The notes: generated by a model not told the origin, from the sequence alone. DNA of 64,000 nt from Octopus sinensis (GCF_006345805.1 NC_043022.1:19158001-19222000), one strand, 5' to 3'; positions 1 to 11,378 are shown, counted from the stretch's first letter. A program made the numbers and translations.

Positions 1-492
1 GTTTTTCCATTGTCACGTGACAACTTGCTGGGGCTGCCTGCTGGAGCCTATGCGGTAGGTATTTAAAGGGAGAAATTTGACAGGACAGTCAGTCACCGGC
101 TGACACTCGCTGACGATACATCGAAGAGGTCAGGGAACAGAAGAAAGAAGAAAGAAGACATGCACCCAACATCAGAGCTGAAGACACCTCCGAATGGGGG
201 GGGGCACGTCAAAACGGTAGAGGAGTAGGGGCCGAAACCGGACGTGGTTCCTCCTGATGATGTCTTGAGCTAACTGGATCCTATAAAGGAGCTGTTGTGT
301 TAGCAGATGAAAGATGCTGCATGTGAGTAAATTGCGGCCTAAAGAATATTATTCAACTACTACCGTAGTTGAATGGTGTGTGTATGTGCGTGTGTCTATG
401 GATATCTATTGGACAGAACTTTCCATTGGCGTCAACATAGACTAATCTCACTCGTAATGCCTGTATGTTCGGAAAATGTAATTTCCCCAAAT

Positions 493-636
493 AAAGTGCA
501 CTTCGTATTCAAGGCTCCGATGAAGTTATAGGATGTTATCCGGGTCACTCAACTAAGAGTCCACCGCACCATATAGCAGAAACAGCTTTAAGCCAATGAA
601 TTCTTTACATAACCTTTGTTCCTTTTTCCGGTGTCA
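493..636 (+). repeat. 144-bp dispersed repeat with a degenerate hammerhead-like motif (copy 1; copy 2 at 2620-2763)
   Basis: Near-identical to 2620-2763. Contains GGCT-CCGATGA-A-GTTATA...TATAGC-A-GAAAC-AGCT-TTA-AGCC at 513-594. Confidence 0.75.
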
Positions 637-751
637 TCTCTGTGTTCTTGTTACCGCTCTATACTCATCTAACATTATGTTCTGAAGCGTACATATATAT
701 TGAGTTCTACACCAGGTTGTTAGTCTCAAACTATGCCTAAGCGAAATATTA

Positions 752-860
<109 letters not shown>

Positions 861-1252
861 TTATTTATATTACAAGGCCCTTAGAACAATACCCACACAA
901 GTATTAAAGACGATATATTCAGAACAGTCACTGCCCATGAATGTATTCAGAACAATTCCAATCACTATTACTATAACCACAACAGGTCACTTTTAGGTCA
1001 CCCGACCATTTAAGAAGACTCTAGCAACAGCCTACTACTGTCATACCACTACCGTCATTTTCTTCGTTATACTTAGGGGAGGTCATTTTTTGCCACCAAA
1101 ATGCATGCACTGTTCATTTGATTTTCCCTTCAGTTTTTATTTGTATTATTTTTAGCTTATATGTCTGTGTTCTTTCGTCACATATTCTGGCACCTCATCA
1201 CTGACTCTCTGTCTTGTGTGCTTCCTCTTGTCCTGTTTGTTCCATTTTTCAC

Positions 1253-1488
1253 ATACATACATACATGCATATATACATACATACACACACATACATACAT
1301 ACACACACACACATACATACATACATATATACATATATACATACATACTTACATACACACACATACATACATACACACACACATACATACATACATACAC
1401 ACATACATACACATACATACATACATACATACATGTATATACATATATATATATTTATATTATATACACATATATACATATACATTTA

Positions 1489-1550
<62 letters not shown>
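1253..1550. repeat. Compound (TACA)n/(CA)n/(TA)n microsatellite
   Basis: Directly visible. Confidence 0.95.
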
Positions 1551-1552
<2 letters not shown>

Positions 1553-1620
1553 GTTATAATGTTATAAATAGCGAGAGAGATATGGTATGATAAGATTTAT
1601 TTAACCATTGGAAATCCTTA

Positions 1621-1765
1621 TACCACAACAATTGTTTCGTAACTTAAAACATGCAAAAGATATTTTATTTTATTATATTTTATTATAAGTAAATTATTTA
1701 CTTGTTTGTATTAATATAAACAATCTTTAAATCAATGCAGATTTAAGCTAGCTCATCAGATGAGA
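1621..1765 (-). ncRNA. Hammerhead-like motif with a long stem II insert (degenerate stem I)
   Basis: Minus strand: CTGATGA (1759-1753), G(C)TAGCTTAAA...TTTAAGTTAC stem II, GAAAC, palindromic AACAATTGTT stem III. Stem I is weak (two G-U pairs). Confidence 0.45.
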
Positions 1766-1900
1766 GAAAACATTTCTAACTTTATACACTCCTTATTGTT
1801 TTCTCTTGCATTGTACTATGTATATGATATATTCTACATACTATTGAATCTATACATTGTGACTTAAATTTATATATTTTTTCTGGTTTCATTTTTAAAG

Positions 1901-2046
1901 TCCTGACGATGTACCTAAACCATGTGGAGAATACAGAGACTGCAGTAAGCGTAAAGATGGTCGTTATCCAGATCTTGATAACAAATGCAAATCTTACTTT
2001 ACCTGTGAGAATGGTCACTTTATGGGACACAATCTATGCCCGGCCG
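1901..2046 (+). CDS. Internal exon of a chitin-binding type-2 (peritrophin-A/CBM14) domain protein
   Basis: Pyrimidine tract and AG at 1899-1900, GTAAGT donor at 2047. Encodes PDDVPKPCGEYRDCSKRKDGRYPDLDNKCKSYFTCENGHFMGHNLCPA(G), with the C..DG.YPD...C..YF.C..G......CP.G spacing of CBM14. Confidence 0.88.
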
Positions 2047-2089
2047 GTAAGTTTCTCTTTCACCTCATAGATTACGGATATCATTCTGA

Positions 2090-2428
2090 GACTCCCTTCA
2101 GTCACGACACTGACCATGGGATTGCACCTAAAAAGTTACCCTCCCGGGCACAAGTCCGGGCAAGGTCGTTTATGGAAGACCAGCAGTCGCCCATGCATAC
2201 CAGCCTCCCCTCTCCACGCCACCAGTGTTATCCAAGGGAAAGGCAAAGGGGCTGATACAGCTTGGCACCAGTGACGTCGCAACTCATTTCTACAGCCGAG
2301 TGAAATGGTGCAACGTGAAATAAAGCGTCTTGCTCAAGAACACAACACGCAGCCCAGTCCGGTATTCGAACTCACAACCTCACGATTGTAAGCTCGACGC
2401 TTTAACGACTGAGCCATGCGCTTTCACA
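2090..2428 (-). mobile_element. tRNA-derived SINE with a CORE-like central domain
   Basis: Minus strand has A-box TGGCTCAGTCG and B-box GAGTTCGAATA, then TTGAGCAAG...CTGTAGAAATG resembling the CORE domain. Confidence 0.7.
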
Positions 2429-2454
2429 CTGATATCATTATTTGTCATATAAAT

Positions 2455-2615
2455 AAGGTGAAGAGCTGGCACGCCGGACAAAATGCTTATCGGCATTTTG
2501 TCCGTCTTTATGTTCTGAGTTTAAATTCTGCTGAGGGCGACTTTGCCTTTTATCCTTCGGGTGTTCGATAAAATATGTATGAACACTAGGGTCGATATAA
2601 TCGACTTGCCCTTCC
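2455..2615 (+). mobile_element. tRNA-derived SINE, family C (GAGCTGGC...GAGTTCAAAT...GCCTTTCATCCTTTCGGGGTCGATAAA)
   Basis: Same family recurs at about 2790-2900, 2985-3122, 23000-23118 (-), 31404-32212, 42450-42600, 43595-43822 (-) and 55450-55590 (-). Confidence 0.75.
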
Positions 2616-2619
2616 TAGA

Positions 2620-2763
2620 AAAGTGCACTTCGTATTCAAGGCTCCGATGAAGTTATAGGATGTTATCCGGGTCACTCAACTAAAAGTCCACCGCACCATA
2701 TAGCAGAAACAGCTTTAAGCCAATGAATTATTTACGTAACCTTTGTTTCTTTTTCCGGTGTCA
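2620..2763 (+). repeat. 144-bp dispersed repeat with hammerhead-like motif (copy 2)
   Basis: Matches 493-636; motif at 2640-2721. Confidence 0.75.
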
Positions 2764-3122
2764 ACTAAAATTTGAAACCAATATGTGTTAAAGACGGCGA
2801 GCTGGCAGGGTTATTAGCCCTTAAGCAAAATGTTTAGCGGAACTTCGTCCATCTGTACGTTCTGAGTTTAAATTCTGCTGGGGTTGATAAAATAAGTACG
2901 AGGTGAACAATCAACTAACATTCTCTTTTGAAATTTCTGGGCTTTTGTCAAAATTTGAAGCCATTATTATGCCTGCTTTTAAGGCAAGGAGCTGGCGGAA
3001 TCGTTAGCACACCGGGCGAAATGCTTAACGGCGTTTCGTCCACCCTTGCTTTCTGTGTTCAAATTCTGCTGAAGTTTACTTTGCCTGTTATCCTTTCGGA
3101 ATCGATAAAATAAGTACCAGTG

Positions 3123-3124
3123 AT

Positions 3125-3159
<35 letters not shown>

Positions 3160-3161
3160 GT

Positions 3162-3224
<63 letters not shown>

Positions 3225-3358
3225 ACAGACAGACAGACAGACAGACTGACAGATAGATAAACAGATAGACAGACAGAAAGACAAACAGATAGATAGATAG
3301 ACAGACAGATAGATAGACAGACAGACAGACAAATAGATAGATAGACAGATAGATAGAT
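3123..3358. repeat. (GACA)n/(GATA)n microsatellite
   Basis: Directly visible. Confidence 0.95.
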
Positions 3359-3525
3359 TAAAACAGAAATGAAAGGCAAGTCATTTGGCAAGACTTAACA
3401 AGGATATTTAAAACTGGGGCTTTAATGGCAACCGAATTGAACACTCAAGGTGCTTACCTGTTGATCTGAGTCATCTGACGAAAACTCCTTGTATAATTTA
3501 AGCACACACACACACATATATATGT

Positions 3526-3599
<74 letters not shown>

Positions 3600-3770
3600 G
3601 TTGGTAGAATTAGAGGTTGGAATAACCATCTAAGGATAAAAATATCGGTTATACTACCGGTGTAATTACCTATGTTAACCCTGAACATACATATGCAAGC
3701 ATATTATGCTCATGGGTTACGTTACAGATAATGACAAAGGTAAGCAAGAGTTTATCAGGAATCAAATTTA

Positions 3771-4340
3771 AAGTAAACAGAAAATGGAGAAATATTGATT
3801 AACAACAATTGACTAACATCAGTTATTACTTTTTGATTAAATACAAATAGACTGTATCCCATCTAACAGCTGTTTCTGTTTCCAATGTTATACGGTATTG
3901 CCATCGAAAATTCTGAAAATAATATTCATCATATTTGGTAATAAATCCGATCTGGAACAATGAGCTTCATCAGAGTGAAGAGAAATACATACATAAAAGA
4001 AACGAAAAGACAAGAAGAGCCTCGAGAAGATGATAAAAGGCTTAATATATTTAAATCATACCATTTTGCTTATGTGTCTCTTCGGGACGTTGAGTAAATC
4101 GACATATTAGCAAAATGGTATGATTTAAATATATTAAGCCTTTCATCTTTTTCTCGAGGCTCTTCTTCTTGTCTTTTTTTTTATGTGTGTATTTTTCTTC
4201 ACTCTGATGAAGTTCCGTGTTCCAGATCGGATATATTACCAAAATCCTAACTTAATCCTGGGCAACGCCGGGCTATACTACTAATAGTTGATGTTGGTCA
4301 ATTGTTGCTGATCAATATTTCTCCATTTTCTGCTTACTTT
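3771..4340. repeat. Fold-back (nested inverted repeat) region
   Basis: About 3945-4075 is the reverse complement of about 4100-4232; about 3771-3830 pairs with about 4283-4340. Confidence 0.85.
4243..4284 (+). mobile_element. Isolated Helitron 3' terminus
   Basis: AATCCTAACTTAATCCTGGGCAACGCCGGGCTATACTA-CTAA|T: same hairpin plus CTRR end as 24986-25028. Confidence 0.65.
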
Positions 4341-4371
4341 ATATATGTGTGTGTGTATTTTTTCTTTTTTT

Positions 4372-4773
4372 TTCTTTTATTTGTTTCAGTCATTTGACTG
4401 CGGCCATGCTGGAGCACCGCCTTTTAGTCGAGCAAATCGACCCCGGGACTTATTCTTTGTAAGCTCAGTACTTATTCTATCGGTCTCTTTTTGCCGAACC
4501 GCTAGGTGACGGGGACGTAAACACACCAGCATCGGTTGTCAAGTAATGCTAGGGGACAAACACAGACACACAAACACACACACGCATACATATATATATA
4601 TACATATATACGACAGGCTTCTTTCAGTTTCCGTCTACCAAATCCACTCACAAGGCATTGGTCGGCCCGGGGCTATAGCAGAAGACACTTGCCCAAGATG
4701 CCACGCAGTGGGACTGAACCCGGAACCATGTGGTTGGTTATCAAACTACTTACCACACAGCCACTCCTGCGCC
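4372..4773 (-). mobile_element. Full-length tRNA-derived SINE, family A
   Basis: Head GGCGCAGGAGTGGCTGTGTGG (A box) ... GGTTCAGTCCC (B box), internal microsatellite, tail CAGCATGGCCGCAGTCAAATGACTGAAACAA. Further copies at 25362-25830, 40612-41038, 41833-42250, 44994-45410 and 55100-55450, plus many fragments. Confidence 0.9.
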
Positions 4774-4780
4774 TATATAT

Positions 4781-4852
<72 letters not shown>

Positions 4853-5005
4853 TTGTATACTGTCAACTTAACGTCCCGTAAGGGAATTACACCACCGCTA
4901 TTTAACCCTAGGAAGCATCGATGCTGCCTGTCGGCCTTGATACATTTCCTGTGTCCTTATATATTTACGAAGGGGAGACAAACACCCCCAACAGCTAGGC
5001 CTGCA

Positions 5006-5051
5006 TCTAGATACATACATGTTTCTGGGTCTTGCCCATCATCAGTCTAGA
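5006..5051 (-). ncRNA. Type I hammerhead ribozyme with an intact core
   Basis: Minus strand: TCTAGA-CTGATGA-TGGG-CAAGA-CCCA-GAAAC-ATGTAT-GTA-TCTAGA. Stem I 6 bp, stem II 4 bp, stem III 3-4 bp, GUA cleavage triplet. Confidence 0.85.
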
Positions 5052-5147
5052 GTAGCAAGGCCTGCTAGCTGAAGATATTTGTCTAGACCTCCTAAATATA
5101 TATATATATTTTCAGTGAAGTTTATTCACTGATCACCAAAATCAGAA

Positions 5148-5227
<80 letters not shown>

Positions 5228-5274
5228 TGTGTGTATATATGTGTGTGTGTATGTATCTATGTATGTATATATAT

Positions 5275-5308
<34 letters not shown>

Positions 5309-5543
5309 CACGCACACATACACGACAGGCTTCTTTCAGTTTCCGTCTACCAAATCCACTGACAAGGCTTTGATCGGCCCGAAGCTGTAGTAGAAGAAAC
5401 TTACCCAAGTTGGCATGCAGTGGAACTGAACTCAGGGACAATATGGTTGAGAAGCAAACTTCTTACCACAACAGTTTGTAATAATGCTCACATGAAGTGC
5501 GATTTAAAACTAATTTACCAATATTGTTGTCTCTTTACTCAAG

Positions 5544-5620
5544 GTCTCGTCTTCTCCAAGAAGTTACAACTGTGCGACTGGCCCTACAATGTAAAACCGC
5601 CGTGTGGAACAAAGCAATAG
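5544..5620 (+). CDS. Terminal coding exon completing the chitin-binding type-2 domain
   Basis: AG at 5542-5543, phase-1 compatible with exon 1901-2046 (G|GT). Encodes GLVFSKKLQLCDWPYNVKPPCGTKQ*, the CBM14 C-terminal half (G..F......CDWP.NV...C). Confidence 0.88.
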
Positions 5621-5681
5621 CTTTCATACTTTATAAAGCTCGAAGTGAATTGAAGCTATGATGTATTTTTAATTATGCCTC

Positions 5682-5687
5682 AATAAA
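5682..5687 (+). promoter_or_regulatory. Candidate polyadenylation signal of the chitin-binding gene
   Basis: AATAAA about 60 nt after the stop codon. Confidence 0.5.
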
Positions 5688-5907
5688 GAATATAAAACGA
5701 GGAGTAGTTTGTTTTCCGTTTCTAAATGCTATCCTCCGTTCTTCTGAGTTTTATGCATTTTCATGTATCTTTTTGCTTATTACAGTCACTAATCTGCGGC
5801 CATGCTGCAGCACCGCTTTCAAAAGAGGTGGCGGAGGTGAGGAGGAGGGTTCGAAACAAGGCGGTCCCGGTGCTCGTGTTTGTTAGTTTTTTTGTTATAG
5901 GATTGAT

Positions 5908-6075
5908 GGGATCTTTTCAGTTTGAAGGCCAGATTTTCCTAGTTAACTAAACAATTTGAAACTTCGTATACTGGTAGAATGTGTCAAAATAAAACATAAT
6001 TGTAAACCAAAATGAAAACGGAATTGTAATTTCTAAGTTTAACGTTGTTTAATAATTCGAATTTTAACCAATGGT
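5908..6075 (+). mobile_element. Partial MITE of the GGATCTTTT family
   Basis: GGATCTTTTCAGTTTGAA...AAACTTCGTATACTGGTAGAATGTG shared with 47311-47720 and 48134-48548. Confidence 0.6.
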
Positions 6076-6639
6076 ATTCTTTCTTTCGACCTCATATTAT
6101 TTACTGCCTCTCAAAATATTGTTACTGTGACGTAAACAGCTATTTCGTAACGTAGTTAACGTAAACATGTAAACAGACCTACAGATTCGTTTGTAACGTA
6201 AACATCCGCTTATCGTAATTAGCTAAATTCGCTTGGCATCGTACACAGCTTTTTCAGTTCCCTAGAATTATATTTGAAAGAAAATAAAAATAAAAAGATT
6301 CATACACATAAATATCCATCTTTGACATCAGAAAATGAGTGTTTAAATTATTTTCCATTGTTTGCATTGCTTACACACACACACATATATACATACACAC
6401 ATACTAAAGTTACATCGTTGGAGCAGTAATTTATTTATGTATTTTTTGTTATACAATTTATTTTTAAGCTGAATCCCTATCCTGCCATTAACCCCTCTCT
6501 TATGAAATAGTTGAAGAATCTGGGGTGTAGGTATTGGGCCAGTATTGGAACTTTTAACTTCTTGCTCTCTATCTTATGATCTCCGAAATGTAAGAATCTT
6601 GTGTTAACTGGGCTCTTATTATTTACTCTGACTCTGCCA

Positions 6640-7040
6640 CCACCTCAATGCAAAGACTATCAATATCAGAATCATCTTCACAACCACCACTACAACCATT
6701 ACTACAACCTCCAATGCCACCACCACAACCATCTTCTGCAACCACAACCCCAAAATCAATACCAGCATCATATTCAAAATCACCAATTTCACCACCACTA
6801 CACTCTGCAATGTCTTCAACACTACCATCCATGAGACATCCTAACATAATCAATGCTACTACTACTATCATCATCATCCACTGCCGCCACCACCACCACC
6901 ACCTCTACAAAAACACCAACACTATAATTGCTGCCATCATACACATCCACTGTCACCACTACACCACCACCACCACCACTGCCATGATAACCACATCTAC
7001 CACCTCCAACACCATTGCCACCACTATCTATGAGACATCC
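6640..7040. repeat. Degenerate (CAC/CAT/CAA) trinucleotide low-complexity tract
   Basis: Directly visible. Confidence 0.85.
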
Positions 7041-7052
7041 TAAGTTAGATAC

Positions 7053-8356
7053 TCATCATCATCATCATTGTTCGACCGTGGTCGAGACAATGGAATTTAC
7101 CATGCTACGCCAGACTTCACGGTCCATCATGGCATTACGGAGGTCATGTTGCTGGATGCTTGTATCCCTGGAGATTACATCAGAGTAGGAGAGTGTGCGC
7201 CCTCTGGTATCGCGAGTAGATGGCTTCCAGAGGAGAAGAGTAGAAATTATTTCTTTTTCAGCTCTACAACAATGTCCAGCAAACTGGACTCTCCCACCTT
7301 TCACAGGAGATGACACAGGTGGTAGTTTCCCATATATTTGCATTTTGGTTGGATGGCGCCTCCACGAGAGATTTTGAGCTCTCATAAGGAGGCGAGTGTA
7401 TGTTCCATCCAACCGCCTCTCAAGCTTCTTTGATAACGTCCAGGTTTCTGAGCCATATAGTAGAATTGGTTCGACTGTGGCTTTGAATATTTCAAGTTTG
7501 AAGTCTCTACTTAGATTTGATGACCAGATCTTATGCATGTCATTACAGGCTGACCAGGCCATACCCTTTCTAGTTAGAAAGTCTTTTCCAGATGATGATA
7601 TGTATGACCCAAGATATTTATAATCAGAAACCATACTTAAGGGCGCATTGTTGAGAGTATGGATGATGCAATCACTGTTGGACAGGCACTTTTTTATGTA
7701 TTCAGTTTTGGCCTCATTGAGGTAAAGACCTACACAATTTGAGGCTTGTTCAAGAGATTGTAAAAGAGACTGGGCATTGGAGAGAGAATCACTGATAAAA
7801 GCGATGTCGTCAGCAAAGTCAGTGTCTGTCAAGTACTCAGCTGGGTGTCTGGAACTTTTTCTTGGTTTTATTTCAAAGCCCTTGCCAGAGATGGTATCAA
7901 CTGAGATACGTAGCACATAATCAACAACAATGATGAAAAGAAAAGGGGCAAGTGTATCTCCCTGCAGTATTCCGGCTTTGATTGAGAAAGATGATGTTTC
8001 TCCGTCAGGGGTTAAGATGGTTGAAGACGTATCTGTGTAGAGGACCTTGATGGCAGAAATGATTTTGTCTGGTATCCCATAGAGCTTAAGGATTTCAAAC
8101 ATCTTGTACCTATCTACAGAATCGAACGCTTTAGAAAAGTCTACAAATACCATTGCAAGATCGCGATTAAATGCTTTTGATTCTTCAATAAGTCTGCGTA
8201 GGCATAGTATCTGGCTCAGCGTTGAGCGCCCATGTCTGAATCCATTTTGGTTCTTTCGGAGCAAAGGTTCAACAAAAAGGACAAGACGATTTAGGATCAG
8301 TTTGTTGTACAGTTTTGCAGCAATTGACATTAGAGATATACCCCTGTAGTTGGTGA
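7053..8356 (-). mobile_element. 5'-truncated RTE-clade LINE with an uninterrupted RT frame
   Basis: NYRGISLMSIAAK, QNGFR.GRS, GILQGDTLAPFLF, DFADD, YKYLGS, LLYGSETWTL motifs. The stop runs straight into a (GAT)n tail. Confidence 0.92.
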
Positions 8357-8474
8357 GCCCACAGTGAGCCCAATGGCGCCCTAAGTAAGGCATGTGTAAA
8401 ATTTGAACGAAATTGGTTGTGTAGTTCTCAAGTTTTAGGGAAACACACACACACATTCCCAATGGCGCCCAGAG

Positions 8475-9406
8475 CTAGCATTAAAGACCCGTCGTTGCTG
8501 GGTCATAGTGCTAGTGCATGTATATATGTGTATATATATATATGTGAATATATATATGTGTACATAATACATGTACATCTATATATATACATCTACACAT
8601 AAAATACAAAATATAAAGTTATATCTTGCTATCGCTAGTGATAACAATATTCAAAATATATAACAGACTGGAATTGTTAACATGGTCCGATTTGAATTTT
8701 ATCTCCTACGGAAGGAAGAGCAACCCTTCTTCTATCATACTCTCAATTTTGGTAAACTTGCACCGCAAGGTCTCGGAGGAGATAGTGTTAGTTGAAGGCT
8801 ACCAATCCTGCCGCACACACACAACTTCAGCTTTATATAGAGAGAGATAACACACACACATTAATACACATACATACATACACACATGTATGTATGTATT
8901 GATGTATGTATGTATATATGTTCCCCTGTCCACTTCTTGCCATATTTTTATCGTTCACTTCCTACACACACACGCGCGCGCGCGCACACACACTCACGCA
9001 CGCACACATACACTCACACACCTTCTTAGCTTACAATTTCTTACTTTGAACAATTGACAACTGAAGTACGCTCGCCAATGAATACTACAAAAAGGTAGCG
9101 ACAGATCTGTGTTTCCTTTTTTTTTTGAGGATTGGTTTAAGCATTAATAAGAGAAAGTAGCAGAATGTGTGTGGTAATAGCAGGAGTGAAGCATTTGAAA
9201 TGAGAGAGGCAAATCGTAAAATATTGAGTTTTCTCGAATTTTTGCTTAATTGGGGGTGAAATTGAAAAAAATGTATATGCCATGACCTAAAGGAATCTAC
9301 TTCGAAAAATCATACGTAAATTCCAATTGAAGAAATTCTATATTGTACAATTGTATGAAAAACGAACTATTTGGGAGGCAGAGAAAATCTGCCTTTTATC
9401 ATAAGA
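8475..9406 (-). mobile_element. Non-autonomous Helitron (X-type 5' end); 3' end tentative
   Basis: 5' TCTTATGATAAAAGGCAGATTTTCTCTGCC at 9406. Possible 3' hairpin GACCC...GGGTC (8486-8504) plus CTAG (8475-8478). Confidence 0.55.
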
Positions 9407-11201
9407 CTAGCAGAATTGCCCGGCGTTGCTCGGGGCTGAATTGCTTGAAAGTACTGTTAATGATTGCACTGAATTATGATGATTATTCAGGCAAATATTG
9501 ATATAAGATTACGGTGGGAGATAAGGACTTAACGATCAAACGTGTGCCATTGCATTGTTTTGGGGGAACCAAATTTCTGATGAGCATTATAGGGGCACCA
9601 ACTTTAAGTTTGAGAAAGTGTGGTGGTAGTCCGGGGTGCTCAAAGGAATTGAGTACCTCTATTGGATAGTTGATGACGTCCTCTGGGTCAGGAGTTGTAT
9701 CGATAGACTGATATACATAGACTTCCCCAGGAATGAGTTTTAGCATTTCATCATTAATATGGTGAACAGTTTTATTCCTCGGGGCCAGTATAGCCTTTTT
9801 GCCAATCCAATTCATATTCTGATAATTAGCTTGTAGATCTGGGAACACTGCATCTCTGAGATCAGAAGGCGTCTTAACAATGGTACAAATGGAATCGATG
9901 GCAATATTACCATTTTCATCCCCTGGTATTTTGCCTTCGCCAAGTGCAAGGAGGGTGTGAGGAAATGCTGCTGATGTGATATTACGTCGCATATGAGCAC
10001 GCATATTGGTGTGAAGTTTGAGAGTTACTTCCCTTTATTAAAAAAAATATGCATTAAAATGGAAAAAAAATGATGGTAAATTTTTTGTAAAATCATAGAC
10101 TCATCGTAGACGCGCGCTAATACCCAGAAGGGCTCGATATGAATCACGACTATAAGATACCCGGTTTTGGTTAAACTGCATCGCAAAATGTGGGAGTAGT
10201 TAGGAATCTAAATCGGAGTAGACAGACACACAAACTTTCTTTTATATATAAATATTTTCGTCCAAAAAAACTTTGTATGGATTGAATGGTTACCTCTATG
10301 GAAATATATACACGCACATTATACATACATGTGTGTATAGATGAATATATAAATACATTTAAATATCTATATACACTTTTGGGCGATCTTTCTGTTTCTT
10401 AGAGATAACTTTAGATCTTATTTTCCTCCTAAAAAACATTGTATGAAGTGAATGGTTACCTCTATGGAAATATATACACACACGTTAAACATACATGTGT
10501 GCATAGATGAATATATAAATACATTTATATATCAATATACACTTTTGGGCGATCTTTCTGCTACTTGTATATACTTTAGATCTTATATTCGTCCTAAAAA
10601 ACTTTGTATGGAGTGAAAGGTTACCTCTATGGAAATATATACACACACATTATACATACATCTGTGTATAGATGAATATATAAATACATTTAAATATCTA
10701 TATACACTTTTGGGCGATCTTTCTGCTACTTGGATATAGGTCTTATATTCGTCCTAAAAAACTTTCCTGTCACACACTCACGCACACGCACACACACACA
10801 CACGCACACCCTCACACACACACACACACACGCACACAGACACACGTTAGCTTACAATTTTATTTATATACTTGCGTGTCTATGTGTGTAAAGAGGAAGT
10901 GGCAGAGTGAAAGAGTCACTCACTACAAAAAGTGAATTACTTTCACTTTATTCGTTGCACACTGTGTGTGTGTGCGTGTGGTGTAGGCTACACTAAGAAA
11001 AGCATTTGACTTAGACACCACAATGTGAGTTTTCTCTAAATTTTGCTTAATTGGGGTTGAAATTTTAAAAACTGGACCTGGCACGACCCGATGCATTCTA
11101 CTCTTAAAAATGCTAGGTAAATTGTAATTGAAGAAATCCTATATTGTAGATTTCTATAAGATACAAAGGGAGGCAGATAAAATCTGCCTTTTATAATAAG
11201 A
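9407..11201 (-). mobile_element. Composite non-autonomous Helitron with a PIF1 helicase fragment
   Basis: A|TC 5' end at 11201 with hairpin AGGCAGAT-TTT-ATCTGCCT, three roughly 175-bp tandem repeats (10255-10745), helicase fragment, 3' CCCGAGCAACGCCGGG hairpin plus CTAG at 9407. Confidence 0.85.
9483..10020 (-). pseudogene. Helitron PIF1-family helicase fragment
   Basis: AILAPRN, LNSFEHPGLPPHFLKLKVGAPIMLIRNL, CNGTRL motifs. Confidence 0.9.
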
Positions 11202-11211
11202 TTATAATAAG

Positions 11212-11231
<20 letters not shown>

Positions 11232-11242
<11 letters not shown>

Positions 11243-11378
11243 ATATATATACCGGAGTAAACACATAAATGTGAAACAAGGTGGAAAAAGACTACTCAAA
11301 TACCAGTGGTAGAGTATTATGTTTTATTTAAAGCAGCAAAAAATTCAACAAAACCTGTTACTCTGAGTTTCACGTGAA
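11232..11378 (-). repeat. Penelope-type terminal fragment with the 3' half of a hammerhead
   Basis: Minus strand GAAACTCAGAGTA-ACAG, with the same ACTC-A-GAGT stem III as 30192-30204. The tail is shared with about 30680-30778. Confidence 0.55.

Noticed and set aside
880-1000. Thr-rich stretch as a possible upstream exon of the chitin-binding gene
   Set aside because: No convincing donor and no phase-2 match to the acceptor at 1900.
3455-3490. CTGTTGA...GTCA-TC-TGAC-GAAA as a hammerhead
   Set aside because: Five extra core bases, a 2-nt loop II and no stems I or III.
6601-7043. Mucin-like or His/Thr-rich ORFs (also 22389-22691, 60867-61433, 63302-63541)
   Set aside because: Trinucleotide tracts open in several frames on both strands; no splice or domain support.
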